DNA of 64,000 bases from Spirochaetia bacterium (GCA_963677925.2 CAXXYH010000004.1:1632001-1696000); one strand, 5' to 3'. Numbered from the stretch's first letter, positions 26,855-37,520 are shown. Made by a program: numbers and translations. The notes: a model not told the origin generated them from the letters alone.

Positions 26855-28114
26855 ATGAATCTTGATACATACGAAATGTATGAAAGCAATGTAAGATCTT
26901 ATTGCCGCAAATTCCCGACTGTGTTCAACACAGCAAAGAATGCTTTCCTGATCGATGAACAGGGAAAGAAATACATAGATTTCCTCTCAGGTGCCGGAAG
27001 TCTGAATTATGGTCATAATAATGACGCAATCAAGGACCGGGTTATAGAATACCTGCAGAGAGACGGAATTATTCATGGTCTGGATATGTTCTCTACGGCT
27101 AAAGGCGAGTTTATTGAATATCTTGAAGAGAAAATTCTAAAACCCCGCGGTCTGGAATATAAGATCCTCTTTCCCGGTCCTACCGGAACCAATTCCGTTG
27201 AGGTAGCATTAAAGCTTGCCAGAAAGATTAAAAAACGGACAAATATATTCGCACTTATGGGCGGGTTTCACGGAATGACACTCGGTTCGCTCAGCCTCTG
27301 CACCGAGAGGGCTGCAAGGGATGCCGCCGGTGTTCCTCTAGGAAATGTTACGCATATTCCGGCTCCCGGTATGTTTGAAAATTTCGACACAATCCATTAT
27401 ATGGAAACCCTTCTGACAAACGATCACAGCGGAGTCGATAAGCCGGCAGCACTAATCGTTGAGGCCGTTCAGGGTGAGGGCGGGGTGAATGTTATTCCTT
27501 CGGAATGGCTCAAAGCTGCAAGGGATTTCTGTGACAGACACGATATCCTGCTTATTCTCGATGAAATTCAGATGGGATGTGCCAGAACCGGCCGGTTCTT
27601 CTCTTTTGAAAGGGCAGGAATTGTTCCTGATATTGTTGTTCTTGCCAAATCAATTGGCGGCGGCATAGGCATGCCGTTCGCGCTTACTCTGCTTAAGCCG
27701 GAACTCGATGTTTTCTCACCTGGAGAGCATAACGGAACTTTCCGCGGTTTTCAGCTTGCTATGGTGGCAGGCAAGGCCGGTCTGGAGTTCGCCCTTGAAA
27801 ACAACATTGAAGATGAGACGGAGCGAAAAGGGGCGATGGTTGAAGCTTTTCTGAAAGAGACTGTTCCAACCCTCAGCCGGAAACTGGATTATCGGGGAAT
27901 CGGTCTTATCTGGGGTATTAACTTTGATAAATATCCCTCAGGCACAGCCAAGCTTGCAAGCCGGGCATGTTTTGAGCGCGGTCTTATTATTGAGCTTGCA
28001 GGAACCGATGACTGTGTGCTTAAAATAATGCCGCCGCTCACAATTGAAGACGAGACATTAATGCAGGGGCTTGAGATTGTGAAAGAGGGGATAGCCTCGC
28101 TGAATCTTGATTAA
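26855..28114 (+). CDS. ectB: Diaminobutyrate--2-oxoglutarate transaminase; start probably ATG 26855
   Basis: ESNVRSYCR.FP, DFLSGAGSLNYGHNN, GPTGTNSVE, EAVQGEGG, DEIQMGC.RTG, GEHNGTFRG. Confidence 0.9.
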   Translation: MNLDTYEMYESNVRSYCRKFPTVFNTAKNAFLIDEQGKKYIDFLSGAGSLNYGHNNDAIKDRVIEYLQRDGIIHGLDMFSTAKGEFIEYLEEKILKPRGLEYKILFPGPTGTNSVEVALKLARKIKKRTNIFALMGGFHGMTLGSLSLCTERAARDAAGVPLGNVTHIPAPGMFENFDTIHYMETLLTNDHSGVDKPAALIVEAVQGEGGVNVIPSEWLKAARDFCDRHDILLILDEIQMGCARTGRFFSFERAGIVPDIVVLAKSIGGGIGMPFALTLLKPELDVFSPGEHNGTFRGFQLAMVAGKAGLEFALENNIEDETERKGAMVEAFLKETVPTLSRKLDYRGIGLIWGINFDKYPSGTAKLASRACFERGLIIELAGTDDCVLKIMPPLTIEDETLMQGLEIVKEGIASLNLD

Positions 28115-28148
28115 CAGCCTTTTTTGAACTTTAATATTAGCTAATTGC

Positions 28149-28188
28149 AAAAGCCGCATATCTGAAGAAGATCCGCGGCTTTTTTTTT
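28149..28188. terminator. Bidirectional terminator between ectB and the nitroreductase gene
   Basis: AAAAGCCGC...GCGGCTTTTTTTTT. Confidence 0.75.
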
Positions 28189-28190
28189 AA

Positions 28191-28715
28191 TTATTCAGGT
28201 TTTACGGTGAACACTTTTGAATAGTCAAGGTCGGCTGGTGTATATGCACGCGGTCTTTCGGCTTCGTATCCTATAGCGATAACCGAATCAATCATCAGAT
28301 CCGCCGGGATTCCCAGAAGGTCTTTCAGCCACTGGTCAGTGGATTTGCCGTCTTCAGCTACCCGATCTCTTCCGTGAATCCAGCAGGAGCCCAGGCCGAG
28401 ACTGTCCGCCTCAAGCTGAAGGATTGTTGCTGCTATTGCAGCGTTTTCAATCCATACATCACCGACTGAAATGTCGGATGTAATGACCACTGCAAGGCTT
28501 GCTGTATCAAGCGCCAGAGTTCCTGCCTGCCGGCATCCCTTCAGCTTTTTTACATCATCCTGTCCATGAACAAAGAAAAATCTGCATGGCTTTTTATTCC
28601 TTGATGTAGGAGCCAGTAAAAGGGCCTGCTGTAATAATTCAATTTTTTCAGGCTCAATTTCAGTATTAGTAAACTTTCTGACGCTTCTTCGTTTATAGAG
28701 TAAATCGATCATCAT
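28191..28715 (-). CDS. Nitroreductase family protein
   Basis: RRSVRKF, LLAPTS, LGLGSCWI, IAIGY. Confidence 0.9.
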   Translation of the reverse strand: MMIDLLYKRRSVRKFTNTEIEPEKIELLQQALLLAPTSRNKKPCRFFFVHGQDDVKKLKGCRQAGTLALDTASLAVVITSDISVGDVWIENAAIAATILQLEADSLGLGSCWIHGRDRVAEDGKSTDQWLKDLLGIPADLMIDSVIAIGYEAERPRAYTPADLDYSKVFTVKPE

Positions 28716-28873
28716 TTTCTCCGCTAAATGTTGTTTGTATATTGCTATTTTAACATATTCCGCAATTTCTAACAGATATTATTGTAGATCGATTTGAGAT
28801 TTATTGATAAAATAGCTGTTTGTTATAAAGGATATGTTTAACGTATTCAATTAAATAAATGGAGGCATTTATA

Positions 28874-30016
28874 ATGAAGAAAATCAGCGTACTTCTTCTT
28901 GTTGCTGTACTTATCAGTGCAGTTGGACTTCCCGTTTTTGCCGGTGGTCAGCAGGATTCAGCCGGAAGCAGCGCACCTATTAAAATCGGTGTTGCAGGCG
29001 CTCACTCAGGTGACCTTGCTTCTTACGGTATTCCTTCAGTTAAGGCTGCAGAACTCGTAGTTGCAGAATGGAATGCAAAGGGCGGCGTGCTCGGCAGACA
29101 GATTGAACTTGTTGTTGAAGACGACCAGTGTAAACCCGAAGTTGCAACAAATACTGCTGCAAAACTTGTAGGCGAAGGCGTAGTTGCCGTTATCGGACAT
29201 ATCTGTTCAGGTGCTACAAAAGCTGCTCTTGGAATCTACAAAGATGAGAACATCATCTGTATCTCACCTTCAGCTACAAATCCGCCTCTTACACAGAGCG
29301 GCGATTATCCTAACTTCTACAGAACTATTGCTCCGGATGATGCCCAGGCCAGACTTGAGGTTGATTTCGCTGCTGATACTCTCGGAATCAAGAAAATTGC
29401 AGTTCTACATGACAAGGGTGACTACGGTAAGGGTCTTGCAGAGTTCGCAAAAGCAATGATCGAATCAGACGGAAAGATGGAAGTCGTTCTTTATGAAGGT
29501 ATCACTGTTGGTGCTGTTGACTACTCAGCTGTAATCAATAAAATCAAGAACTCAGGCGCAGAAGCAATCATCTTCGGCGGTTACCATCCTGAAGCTTCAA
29601 AGCTTATCAGCCAGATCAAAAAGAAAGGTATGGATACTATCTTCATCTCTGATGACGGTGTAAAAGACGATACCTTTATCAAGGTTGCAGGTGAATTTGC
29701 AGAAGGCGTTTACGCAACAGGTCCTATGGATACATCTACAAATGCGCTTACAATGGCTGCTGAAGAAGCTCACAGAACACAGTATGGTGAAGATCCCGGT
29801 GCTTTCTTCCTCAATGCATATGCTGCAACTACTGCAATCCTCAATGCAATTGAAAAAGCCGGTTCAACTGACTATGAAGCAGTTTCAAAAGCTCTTAAGA
29901 GCAATTACGTAGACACAACTCTCGGAAGCATCAGCTTCGACGAGAAGGGTGATGCAATTGGCGTTGGTTTCTCTGTATTCCAGGTACAGAACGGCTCTTA
30001 TGTCGAACTCAAATAG
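28874..30016 (+). CDS. livK: Branched-chain amino acid ABC transporter substrate-binding protein; start moved to ATG 28874
   Basis: GGVLGRQIEL..EDDQC.P, VIGHICSG, SPSATNP, HDK.DYG.GLA; GGAGG SD. Confidence 0.9.
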   Translation: MKKISVLLLVAVLISAVGLPVFAGGQQDSAGSSAPIKIGVAGAHSGDLASYGIPSVKAAELVVAEWNAKGGVLGRQIELVVEDDQCKPEVATNTAAKLVGEGVVAVIGHICSGATKAALGIYKDENIICISPSATNPPLTQSGDYPNFYRTIAPDDAQARLEVDFAADTLGIKKIAVLHDKGDYGKGLAEFAKAMIESDGKMEVVLYEGITVGAVDYSAVINKIKNSGAEAIIFGGYHPEASKLISQIKKKGMDTIFISDDGVKDDTFIKVAGEFAEGVYATGPMDTSTNALTMAAEEAHRTQYGEDPGAFFLNAYAATTAILNAIEKAGSTDYEAVSKALKSNYVDTTLGSISFDEKGDAIGVGFSVFQVQNGSYVELK

Positions 30017-30025
30017 TTAATCACA

Positions 30026-30053
30026 GGCGGGCCACCCGGCCCGCTTTTATTTG
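30026..30053 (+). terminator. Hairpin after the liv binding-protein gene
   Basis: GGCGGGCC-GGCCCGCT followed by TTTATTT. Confidence 0.6.
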
Positions 30054-30144
30054 CAATTATAAAATGTCCTATCCGGATTTCAGAGGATTCGTTGATACCC
30101 TCGACATGAATCCAGCCTCAAATACTTAGAGGAGTAATTCTGTA

Positions 30145-31050
30145 ATGAATACTTATTTTATTGAGCTTTTTCTTGGAGGGCTGACAAGAGGAAGTATTTA
30201 CGCACTGATCGCCCTGGGCTACACAATGGTCTACGGTATTATTCAGCTTATTAACTTTGCCCACGGCGAGATTTACATGATAGGAGCTTTCACTGCCCTT
30301 ATTGTTTCAGGTGCTCTCGCGTTTACAGGACTCCCTCCTGTACTCATTTTTCTAATTGCCGCGGTTGTTGCTATAGTTTATTCAGCAGGCTACGGTATTA
30401 CAATGGAAAAGATAGCTTATAAACCGCTCAGAAACGCACCGCGTCTTTCTGCTCTTATAAGCGCCATCGGAATGTCAATGTTCCTTCAGAACTATGTGCT
30501 TCTTGCCCAGACTTCAGACTTTCAGCCCTTTCCAATCCTTATTCCGGATTTTGGATTCCTGAAACCGATTGAAAATATCATGAATACCACACAGTTCATT
30601 ATCCTCGTGACATCAACTGTAGTAATGATTCTTTTTACATTACTCATTAAATATACAAGAATCGGTAAGGCTATGCGTGCTACTGCGCAGGATAAGGTCA
30701 TGGCTCAGCTTGTAGGTGTCAACATCAATAACGTTATCATGGTTACCTTCCTTCTCGGCTCTGCAACCGCTGCTATCGGCGGTGTTCTGATCAGTTCTCA
30801 TGTAGGACAGATTAACTTCTATATCGGCTTTATTGCCGGTATCAAGGCCTTTGTTGCTGCGGTACTCGGCGGAATCGGAAGTATTCCCGGAGCAGTGCTT
30901 GGAAGTTTTGTTCTTGGTCTGACTGAAAGTTTCGGAACCGGATATATTTCAAGTGACTATGAAGATGTTTTCGCCTTTATCATCCTGATTGTCATCCTCA
31001 TCTTCAGACCTTCCGGACTTCTCGGCAAGGCTCCGAGTAAAAAGGTTTAG
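30145..31050 (+). CDS. livH: Branched-chain amino acid ABC permease
   Basis: GSIYALIALGYTMVYGII.LINFAHGE, KAFVAAVLGGIG. Confidence 0.94.
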   Translation: MNTYFIELFLGGLTRGSIYALIALGYTMVYGIIQLINFAHGEIYMIGAFTALIVSGALAFTGLPPVLIFLIAAVVAIVYSAGYGITMEKIAYKPLRNAPRLSALISAIGMSMFLQNYVLLAQTSDFQPFPILIPDFGFLKPIENIMNTTQFIILVTSTVVMILFTLLIKYTRIGKAMRATAQDKVMAQLVGVNINNVIMVTFLLGSATAAIGGVLISSHVGQINFYIGFIAGIKAFVAAVLGGIGSIPGAVLGSFVLGLTESFGTGYISSDYEDVFAFIILIVILIFRPSGLLGKAPSKKV

Positions 31051-31059
31051 GGGGATTAT

Positions 31060-32325
31060 ATGTCTGATACTATTAAAGATAACAGCTATAAACTTCTGAC
31101 ACCTGCGGATATTAAGCGTTCGGCAATACTTGCTGTATGGTTTATGTTCCTGACCTTTCCTATTATGGTTATTAAGGTCAATACTGTAACCGATACAGTA
31201 GAGTGGCGATGGGAAAACATGATAATTGTAGGTTTCGCCTCCTTTGTCCTTTCACATGTATGGAAGCTTCTGATCGACCGCAAGAACGGTCTTATCGGGA
31301 AAAAACCTTCTGCGGACAAGGCTGAAACTGTAACCCTCCGGGAACGGATTGGACAGAAGCCTGTGATAGTACGAACCGGAAGCCTTGTGATTCTTGCTTT
31401 TGCGGCAGTTTTTCCATTTATAACCGGCATGTACCAGACCAGTATCATGACCACAGCCCTGCTTTACGTAGTGCTTGCTCTGGGTCTGAATATCGTTGTA
31501 GGTCTTGGCGGTCTGCTTAACCTCTGCTACATAGTTTTCTACGGTGTAGGAGCATACACATATGCGCTTTTAAACCTCCATTTCGGGGTTAATTTCTGGC
31601 TTGCACTGCCTCTAGGCGGTATCTTTGCAGCATTATTCGGAACAATTATAGCAATTCCGGTACTCCGGCTTCGCGGGGACTATCTTGCAATTGTTACACT
31701 GGCTTTCGGTGAGATATTCAGGATTGTTATGGAAAACTGGAATGCTTTCAGTTTCGGTCCCAGTGGAATTGCAAATATCCCCAGGCCATCGCTCCCCGGT
31801 TTTGATTTCGGTCTGAAGCAGTCAACAAACCTCACTTACTACATCATTCTTGTTTTTGTAATCGTAACTATTTTTGTTGTAAGAAGGCTTGAAGATTCAA
31901 GACTGGGCCGAAGCTGGGTTGCTATGCGTGAAGATGAAATTGCAAGTGAGTCAATGGGAATTGATATTGCCAAGGCAAAGCTTGCCGCCTTCGCTCTCGG
32001 TGCTTTCTGGGCCGGAGTAGCCGGTGTAATCTTTGCAGGCAAGACAACGTTTATTAACCCGGCAAGTTTCACAATGTGGGAGTCAATTATCGTTCTGTGT
32101 ATGGTTGTTCTCGGCGGTCTTGGGTCAATTCCGGGTGTAATTGCCGGAGCGCTGATAATGACGCTTCTTCCCGAATATCTGCGTGCTTTCTCCGAGCTTA
32201 GAATGATTATTTTCGGTGCTGTTCTTGTACTGATGATGGTCTTCAAGCCGGGCGGAATTATTCCTGCTATCAGGCAGAAGTACGAGTTCAAACAGAAAAA
32301 AGCACCTGCTGAGGGAGAGAAATAA
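31060..32325 (+). CDS. livM: Branched-chain amino acid ABC permease
   Basis: LGLNIVVG, LRLRGDYLAIVTLAFGEI, GRSWVAMREDE. Confidence 0.93.
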   Translation: MSDTIKDNSYKLLTPADIKRSAILAVWFMFLTFPIMVIKVNTVTDTVEWRWENMIIVGFASFVLSHVWKLLIDRKNGLIGKKPSADKAETVTLRERIGQKPVIVRTGSLVILAFAAVFPFITGMYQTSIMTTALLYVVLALGLNIVVGLGGLLNLCYIVFYGVGAYTYALLNLHFGVNFWLALPLGGIFAALFGTIIAIPVLRLRGDYLAIVTLAFGEIFRIVMENWNAFSFGPSGIANIPRPSLPGFDFGLKQSTNLTYYIILVFVIVTIFVVRRLEDSRLGRSWVAMREDEIASESMGIDIAKAKLAAFALGAFWAGVAGVIFAGKTTFINPASFTMWESIIVLCMVVLGGLGSIPGVIAGALIMTLLPEYLRAFSELRMIIFGAVLVLMMVFKPGGIIPAIRQKYEFKQKKAPAEGEK

Positions 32326-33116
32326 TGGCCCCTATACTAGACGTTAAAAAACTCAGGATGGACTTCGGCGGACTCAGAGCTGTAAATGATGTCGATCTTT
32401 TTATAAACGAGAAAGAGATTGTTGCCCTCATAGGACCGAACGGTGCAGGCAAGACAACCTTTTTTAACTGTATTACAGGTGTTAACAAGCCTACTGCAGG
32501 CGATATTATTCTGACCCCGCCCTCAACAGGCAAGGCACAGCGGATTAACGGCATGAAGCCGAATAAGATAACAGAAAAAGGACTTGCCAGAACCTTTCAG
32601 AATATCAGACTGTTTCAGAACATGAGTGTGCTTGAGAACGTTATGATTGGACGGCATCCGAGGATGAAGGCAGGCGTTCCCGGCGCAATTCTCAGGGATC
32701 CCAGAACCAGAGCGGAAGAACGGAATGTCATAGATGAGAGTTATGAGATTCTAAAAAAACTGAATCTTGAGCAGCATGTCAATGACCTGGCCAAGAATCT
32801 TCCCTACGGTGCGCAGAGACGGCTTGAAATAGCCAGAGCTATGGCTACCGACCCCTTCCTGCTTCTTCTTGATGAACCTGCAGCCGGTATGAACCCGCAG
32901 GAAACCAGGGAACTCGACGAGACCATTGTCAGGATTCGTGACACTGAGGGGATAACAATTCTGCTCATCGAGCATGATATGAGCCTGGTAATGAGCCTGT
33001 CCGAGAGAATCTATGTTGTCGATTACGGAAAACTGATAGCAACAGGAGTTCCTGAAGATATTAAGAAAAACCCTGATGTAATCAAGGCTTACCTTGGGGA
33101 GGATGTAGATGCTTAA
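32325..33116 (+). CDS. livG: Branched-chain amino acid ABC ATP-binding protein
   Basis: GPNGAGKTT, ARTFQNIRLF, LPYGAQRRLEIARA, DEPAAG. Confidence 0.94.
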   Translation: MAPILDVKKLRMDFGGLRAVNDVDLFINEKEIVALIGPNGAGKTTFFNCITGVNKPTAGDIILTPPSTGKAQRINGMKPNKITEKGLARTFQNIRLFQNMSVLENVMIGRHPRMKAGVPGAILRDPRTRAEERNVIDESYEILKKLNLEQHVNDLAKNLPYGAQRRLEIARAMATDPFLLLLDEPAAGMNPQETRELDETIVRIRDTEGITILLIEHDMSLVMSLSERIYVVDYGKLIATGVPEDIKKNPDVIKAYLGEDVDA

Positions 33117-33816
33117 ACTTGATAAAATTGAAACCTATTACGGAAACATTCAGGCCCTTAAAGGGATAAGTATTGAAGTTGCCGACGGTGAAATAGTTAC
33201 TCTTATCGGCGCCAACGGTGCCGGTAAAACAACAACTCTTATGTCAATCAGCGGAGTAGTTCCCGCCCGGTCAGGTCGAATTACCCTCGACGGTAAGGAT
33301 ATTACAGGAAAGAATCCTGATGATATAGTTCCTATGGGAATTATTCAGGTTCCTGAAGGGCGGCGGATTTTCCCTGACCTTACGGTTGCTGAGAATCTCG
33401 ATATGGGAGCCTTCCTCAGAAAGGACAAGGAACAGATTAAGCGTGACATTGAATATGTTTACGAACTGTTTCCTATCCTTTCACGCAGAAGAAGCCAGCG
33501 TGGAGGTACCCTCAGCGGCGGTGAACAGCAGATGCTGGCTATAAGCCGTGCACTCATGGCAAAACCGCGGATACTGCTTCTTGATGAGCCCTCACTGGGG
33601 CTTGCGCCAATCATCGTTCGCCAGATCTTCGACATTGTTAAAAAGATCAACGAAGAGCAGGGAACAACAGTATTTCTTGTTGAACAGAATGCCAACCTGG
33701 CTCTCAAGATAGCTCATAAGGGCTATGTAATGGAAACCGGCCGTATTACCATGGCTGATACCTGTGAGAACCTGCTTAAAAATGATGAGGTACAGAAAGC
33801 CTATCTGGGAATGTAA
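33109..33816 (+). CDS. livF: Branched-chain amino acid ABC ATP-binding protein
   Basis: GANGAGKTT, VPEGRRIF, LSGGEQQM, DEPSLGLAP. Confidence 0.95.
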   Translation: MLKLDKIETYYGNIQALKGISIEVADGEIVTLIGANGAGKTTTLMSISGVVPARSGRITLDGKDITGKNPDDIVPMGIIQVPEGRRIFPDLTVAENLDMGAFLRKDKEQIKRDIEYVYELFPILSRRRSQRGGTLSGGEQQMLAISRALMAKPRILLLDEPSLGLAPIIVRQIFDIVKKINEEQGTTVFLVEQNANLALKIAHKGYVMETGRITMADTCENLLKNDEVQKAYLGM

Positions 33817-33847
33817 TTGACGCGGCTTTTTTAAAGCTGTGCATATA

Positions 33848-33880
33848 AAAAAGGCTGTTCAGTTTGAACAGCCTTTTTTT
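33848..33880. terminator. Bidirectional terminator between livF and fadD
   Basis: AAAAAGGCTGTTCA...TGAACAGCCTTTTTTT. Confidence 0.85.
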
Positions 33881-33912
33881 GTCTAACAGTTTCCAATGCC
33901 TTTATCGGAGCA

Positions 33913-35517
33913 TCAGCTCTGGTAAAGAAATCTTCTAATTTTCATTGAAGGTGTGAGTTCGAAGGGCACTTCCTGTTCAATTATCCTGCTTATCTTTGAA
34001 AAAGAGCTTAGACTTGTATTCATCTTTTTACGCATGTTCTCCAGGAATTCTTCCTTCCACTGCGGAAAATGACTGATATTGTGCTTCAGCTCTTCAAAGT
34101 ACTGCTTCAGCTTTTCTTCATCAAGCATTACCCTTGCTACAAGTTCGGAACCCTTACCGAGAACCAGACATTCTGAAACAACCGGATCTGTTTTGAGGAT
34201 GTTTTCAATTTCTTCGGGATATATATTTTCACCAGCCGGGCCGAGAATGACATTTTTAATACGGCCTTTAACGTAGAGGTTGCCTGCTGCATCAAGTTCA
34301 CCGATATCACCTGTTTTAAACCAGCCGTCTTCGGTAAAGACTTCTGCGGTTCTGGCCTCATCAAGGTAGTAGCCCTGCATCACGCAGTCGCTTTTTACCT
34401 GGATTTCGCCGTCTGCTATACGGAGTTCAACACTTTTAAACGGTTGTCCAGGGCCCCTGAATACTGTTTTATCGGGTGGAGATCCCGCAAGACATGGTGA
34501 TGTCTCGGTAAGCCCGTATCCTACTGCATACGGAAATTTAGCTTCCCTGAGAAATCTTTCAACATCCTCGGAAAGAGGGGCTCCGCCGATTCCGAAGAAC
34601 TTAAGCCTGCCCCCGAAAGTCTTCATGAGTTTTTTTCCGATTACAAAGCGGTTAAGCAGCTTTCTAACCGGTAAAATTTTGTATAACGTCTTCAGCACTT
34701 TACTGCTGTTAATATTCTTAAGTACTGAGCTTCTGTATATTTTTTCTATCAGCAGGGGGACACTCAGAATAAAATGCGGACGTGTCTTTGCTATTGCATC
34801 AAGCATCAGTCTGGGGGAGGGCTTCATACCAAGATATGTTATGTTTGCGCCTTCAAGAACCGGAAGCATAAAACCCTGGGTGAACTCATACATATGAGCA
34901 AGCGGAAGAACTGACAGAAGAGCATCCCCCGCCTCCATTCCGCCGACAAGTGTTGAATCACAGGCATTTACAACAATATTCTTATGAGAGAGCATTACGC
35001 CCTTGGAAGTTCCAGTTGTTCCTGATGTGTATATTATTGCCGCAGTATCTTCTGATGCCGGGCTGTATTCTGCGACAGAAAGTGCAGTATTCGGATTATC
35101 AAAGAGCCCAGCTTCATCAATAAGCAGGAAATTTCCATCTCTGAAAAGTTTCGTTTCCCTTATTTTTGGAAGCATCTTTTCCGAGACGAAAATGAAAGAT
35201 GCCTCGGAATGTTCAAGTATGTTCTGAATCTGTTCGGCAGCAAAATCGGTCATGATAGGCACGGCTATCCTTGAGGATGTAACCGCTGCAAGCCAGCATA
35301 ATCCCCATTCAGATCTGTTCTCACTCAAGAGAGCCACTCTGCTGCCGGTTTCAATTCCGGTCAACTCCAGATGGCTGATAAGATTGTTTATAACTGAATC
35401 TGCTTTTTTATATGTGAAGTTTCGTCCGTTAAGTGACGCTGTGAACGGAAGGCTGGAATAGCTTGCAGTTGCAAAGTTCCAAACCTCGCCAATGCTGTAA
35501 TTATAAAAGCTTTTCAT
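33913..35517 (-). CDS. fadD: Long-chain fatty acid--CoA ligase; start probably ATG 35517
   Basis: YTSGTTGTSKGV, GYGLTETSP, GWFKTGD, GENIYPEEIE. Confidence 0.85.
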   Translation of the reverse strand: MKSFYNYSIGEVWNFATASYSSLPFTASLNGRNFTYKKADSVINNLISHLELTGIETGSRVALLSENRSEWGLCWLAAVTSSRIAVPIMTDFAAEQIQNILEHSEASFIFVSEKMLPKIRETKLFRDGNFLLIDEAGLFDNPNTALSVAEYSPASEDTAAIIYTSGTTGTSKGVMLSHKNIVVNACDSTLVGGMEAGDALLSVLPLAHMYEFTQGFMLPVLEGANITYLGMKPSPRLMLDAIAKTRPHFILSVPLLIEKIYRSSVLKNINSSKVLKTLYKILPVRKLLNRFVIGKKLMKTFGGRLKFFGIGGAPLSEDVERFLREAKFPYAVGYGLTETSPCLAGSPPDKTVFRGPGQPFKSVELRIADGEIQVKSDCVMQGYYLDEARTAEVFTEDGWFKTGDIGELDAAGNLYVKGRIKNVILGPAGENIYPEEIENILKTDPVVSECLVLGKGSELVARVMLDEEKLKQYFEELKHNISHFPQWKEEFLENMRKKMNTSLSSFSKISRIIEQEVPFELTPSMKIRRFLYQS

Positions 35518-35643
35518 CCTACTAATATAATGGTGATCTTGCAGATAAGCTATAGTAATATGGTATGATTGAATCACCTATAGGGGTGATTAGTGTATTA
35601 ATCTGTTTGAATGCTAATTCAGGAGGGAATACAGCATTGAACA

Positions 35644-36536
35644 TGCTTGTTTTGTCTCAGAATAAGGACCCGTTTACCAACCTGACAATAGAAAACTCGC
35701 TGTTTACAGAGGAGCCCGCAAGCGGATATACACTGTTTCTCTGGGTAAATAAGCCCTCTGTGATTATCGGCCGTTACCAGAATCCATGGCTTGAATGCAG
35801 TCTAAAGTCTATGAATGATTCCGGAATAAGACTTGCAAGACGTCAGAGCGGCGGCGGTGCTGTTTATCATGATGAAGGCAACCTTAATTTCAGTTTTATC
35901 TGTAGAAAAGAAGAGTACGATCGTGACAGGAACCTTGATGTAGTAATCAGAGCTCTCGGCAGTTTGAGAATAACCGCAGAGATTAATGAGCGGCATGATG
36001 TTGAAGTAGATGGTAAAAAGGTGTCCGGAAGCGCTTTCAGAATTAGCCGAGGACGGGTTCTGCACCATGGGACCCTGCTTATTTCTGCAGATCTCCATCC
36101 GCTGAAGGCTTCGCTTTCCGGCCCCTCGCTTGAAGGTATTGAATCAAAGGGTATCCGCTCTGTCCGGTCAAGTGTCGTTAATCTGAACCGTTACAATCCT
36201 GATATAACTGTTGATAAATTGAAATCAGCACTGTCGGAAACATTTACGTTTCAATACGGCCGTGCTGATACAGCAACTGCTGACGGGGCAGGAGCTTCGG
36301 AAGATGAATTTTTTAAGCGGATGACAAACCCTGAGTGGATATACGGAAATACTCCGGAGTTTTCATTTATCTATAGGGCAGGTGCCGGACATTCGGCTGA
36401 AAATTACCGGTTTTCAATAAAAAAAGGCTGCATATCGGAGATTCAGCCTTCCGACAGCAGCCGTATAAATAATTATTTGAAACTTAAAGCGTTTATTGGA
36501 AAACCGCTTTACTCAATCCCGGATTATTCAGTCTGA
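35644..36536 (+). CDS. lplA: Lipoate--protein ligase; start uncertain (TTG 35638 or ATG 35644)
   Basis: DPFTNL..E, VIIGRYQNPW.EC, RRQSGGGAVYHD.GN, KKVSGSA, HHGTLL, SVRS.V.NL. Confidence 0.9.
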
Positions 36537-37520
36537 GCCTGCCTGCTCCTTCAGTGCTTTCCGGCGCTCAAGGTATTCAGGAATTTCTATCATCGGCGGC
36601 CTTTCGAATTCGATAATCCGGTGCTCAATCGCCTCAAAATCACTGTCATGCGCAATGAACTGCCTCAGAATATTATGTTCGGGAATCTCGTTTACAAGCC
36701 CCTTCATATGCAGTCTCTTCAGGAAGGCCTGCAGGATTCCGAAGGCCATCTTTCCCAGATCCCTGGTTGCCTGGTTCCGGTGGACACGCTGATCCAGATC
36801 TGTCTGGGCAAATGCTTTAAGTCCCCATTTAGAGTAAACATCAATAAGGTGTGAAGTTTCAACACCGTAGCCGATGGGGAAGGGAATTGCTTCAAGCACT
36901 TCACGCCTTACCGCATATTCACCGGAAAGCGGCTGAATAACACCCGAAAGCTCAGGGAAATACAGTGAAAAAAGCGGGCGTACAAGAATCTCAGTTACCC
37001 TGCCGCCTCCTGACGGCCTTATCCCCTCAGAAAAAGCCAGCGGTCTGTCATAGAATGCCTTCACATACTGAATTTCATCGTTGAAAATAAGAGGAGCAAC
37101 AAGACCATAGACAAATCTCGGGTGGATATTTTTGATATCTGCATCAATATAGACGATGATGTCTCCTTTCAGCTGGTATATAGCCTTCCAGAGGTTTTCG
37201 CCCTTTCCGCGTCTGGGTTCAATACCGGGCAGGATATCGGATGCAAGATAGGTATCGGCTCCGAAAGAGCTTGCAATCTCAAGGGTGCGGTCTTCAGAGC
37301 CCGAATCAATAATGGCTATTTCATCAAGCAGAGGAATTCTTGTCATCAGTTCCGATTTGAATATGACGACTTCCTTTCCTATTGTTTTTTCCTCATTTAA
37401 AGTGGGAATGCAAAGGGATATTTTGAGGTTCTTTTTTTTCTTTTCTTTTACAAGCGCGTTCAGATCCTCAAAATCTGAATGATGAAATGTGTTTTCTTTA
37501 ATCCATTTATCAAGATTCAC
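36528..37520 (-). CDS. gpgS: Glucosyl-3-phosphoglycerate synthase; start probably GTG 37520
   Basis: IPTLNEE.TIG, IDSGS.D, GKGENLW, DAD, VKAFYDRP, GGRVTE, QPLSGEY, GYGVE, HRNQ, ERPP. Confidence 0.9.
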   Translation of the reverse strand: MNLDKWIKENTFHHSDFEDLNALVKEKKKKNLKISLCIPTLNEEKTIGKEVVIFKSELMTRIPLLDEIAIIDSGSEDRTLEIASSFGADTYLASDILPGIEPRRGKGENLWKAIYQLKGDIIVYIDADIKNIHPRFVYGLVAPLIFNDEIQYVKAFYDRPLAFSEGIRPSGGGRVTEILVRPLFSLYFPELSGVIQPLSGEYAVRREVLEAIPFPIGYGVETSHLIDVYSKWGLKAFAQTDLDQRVHRNQATRDLGKMAFGILQAFLKRLHMKGLVNEIPEHNILRQFIAHDSDFEAIEHRIIEFERPPMIEIPEYLERRKALKEQAGSD

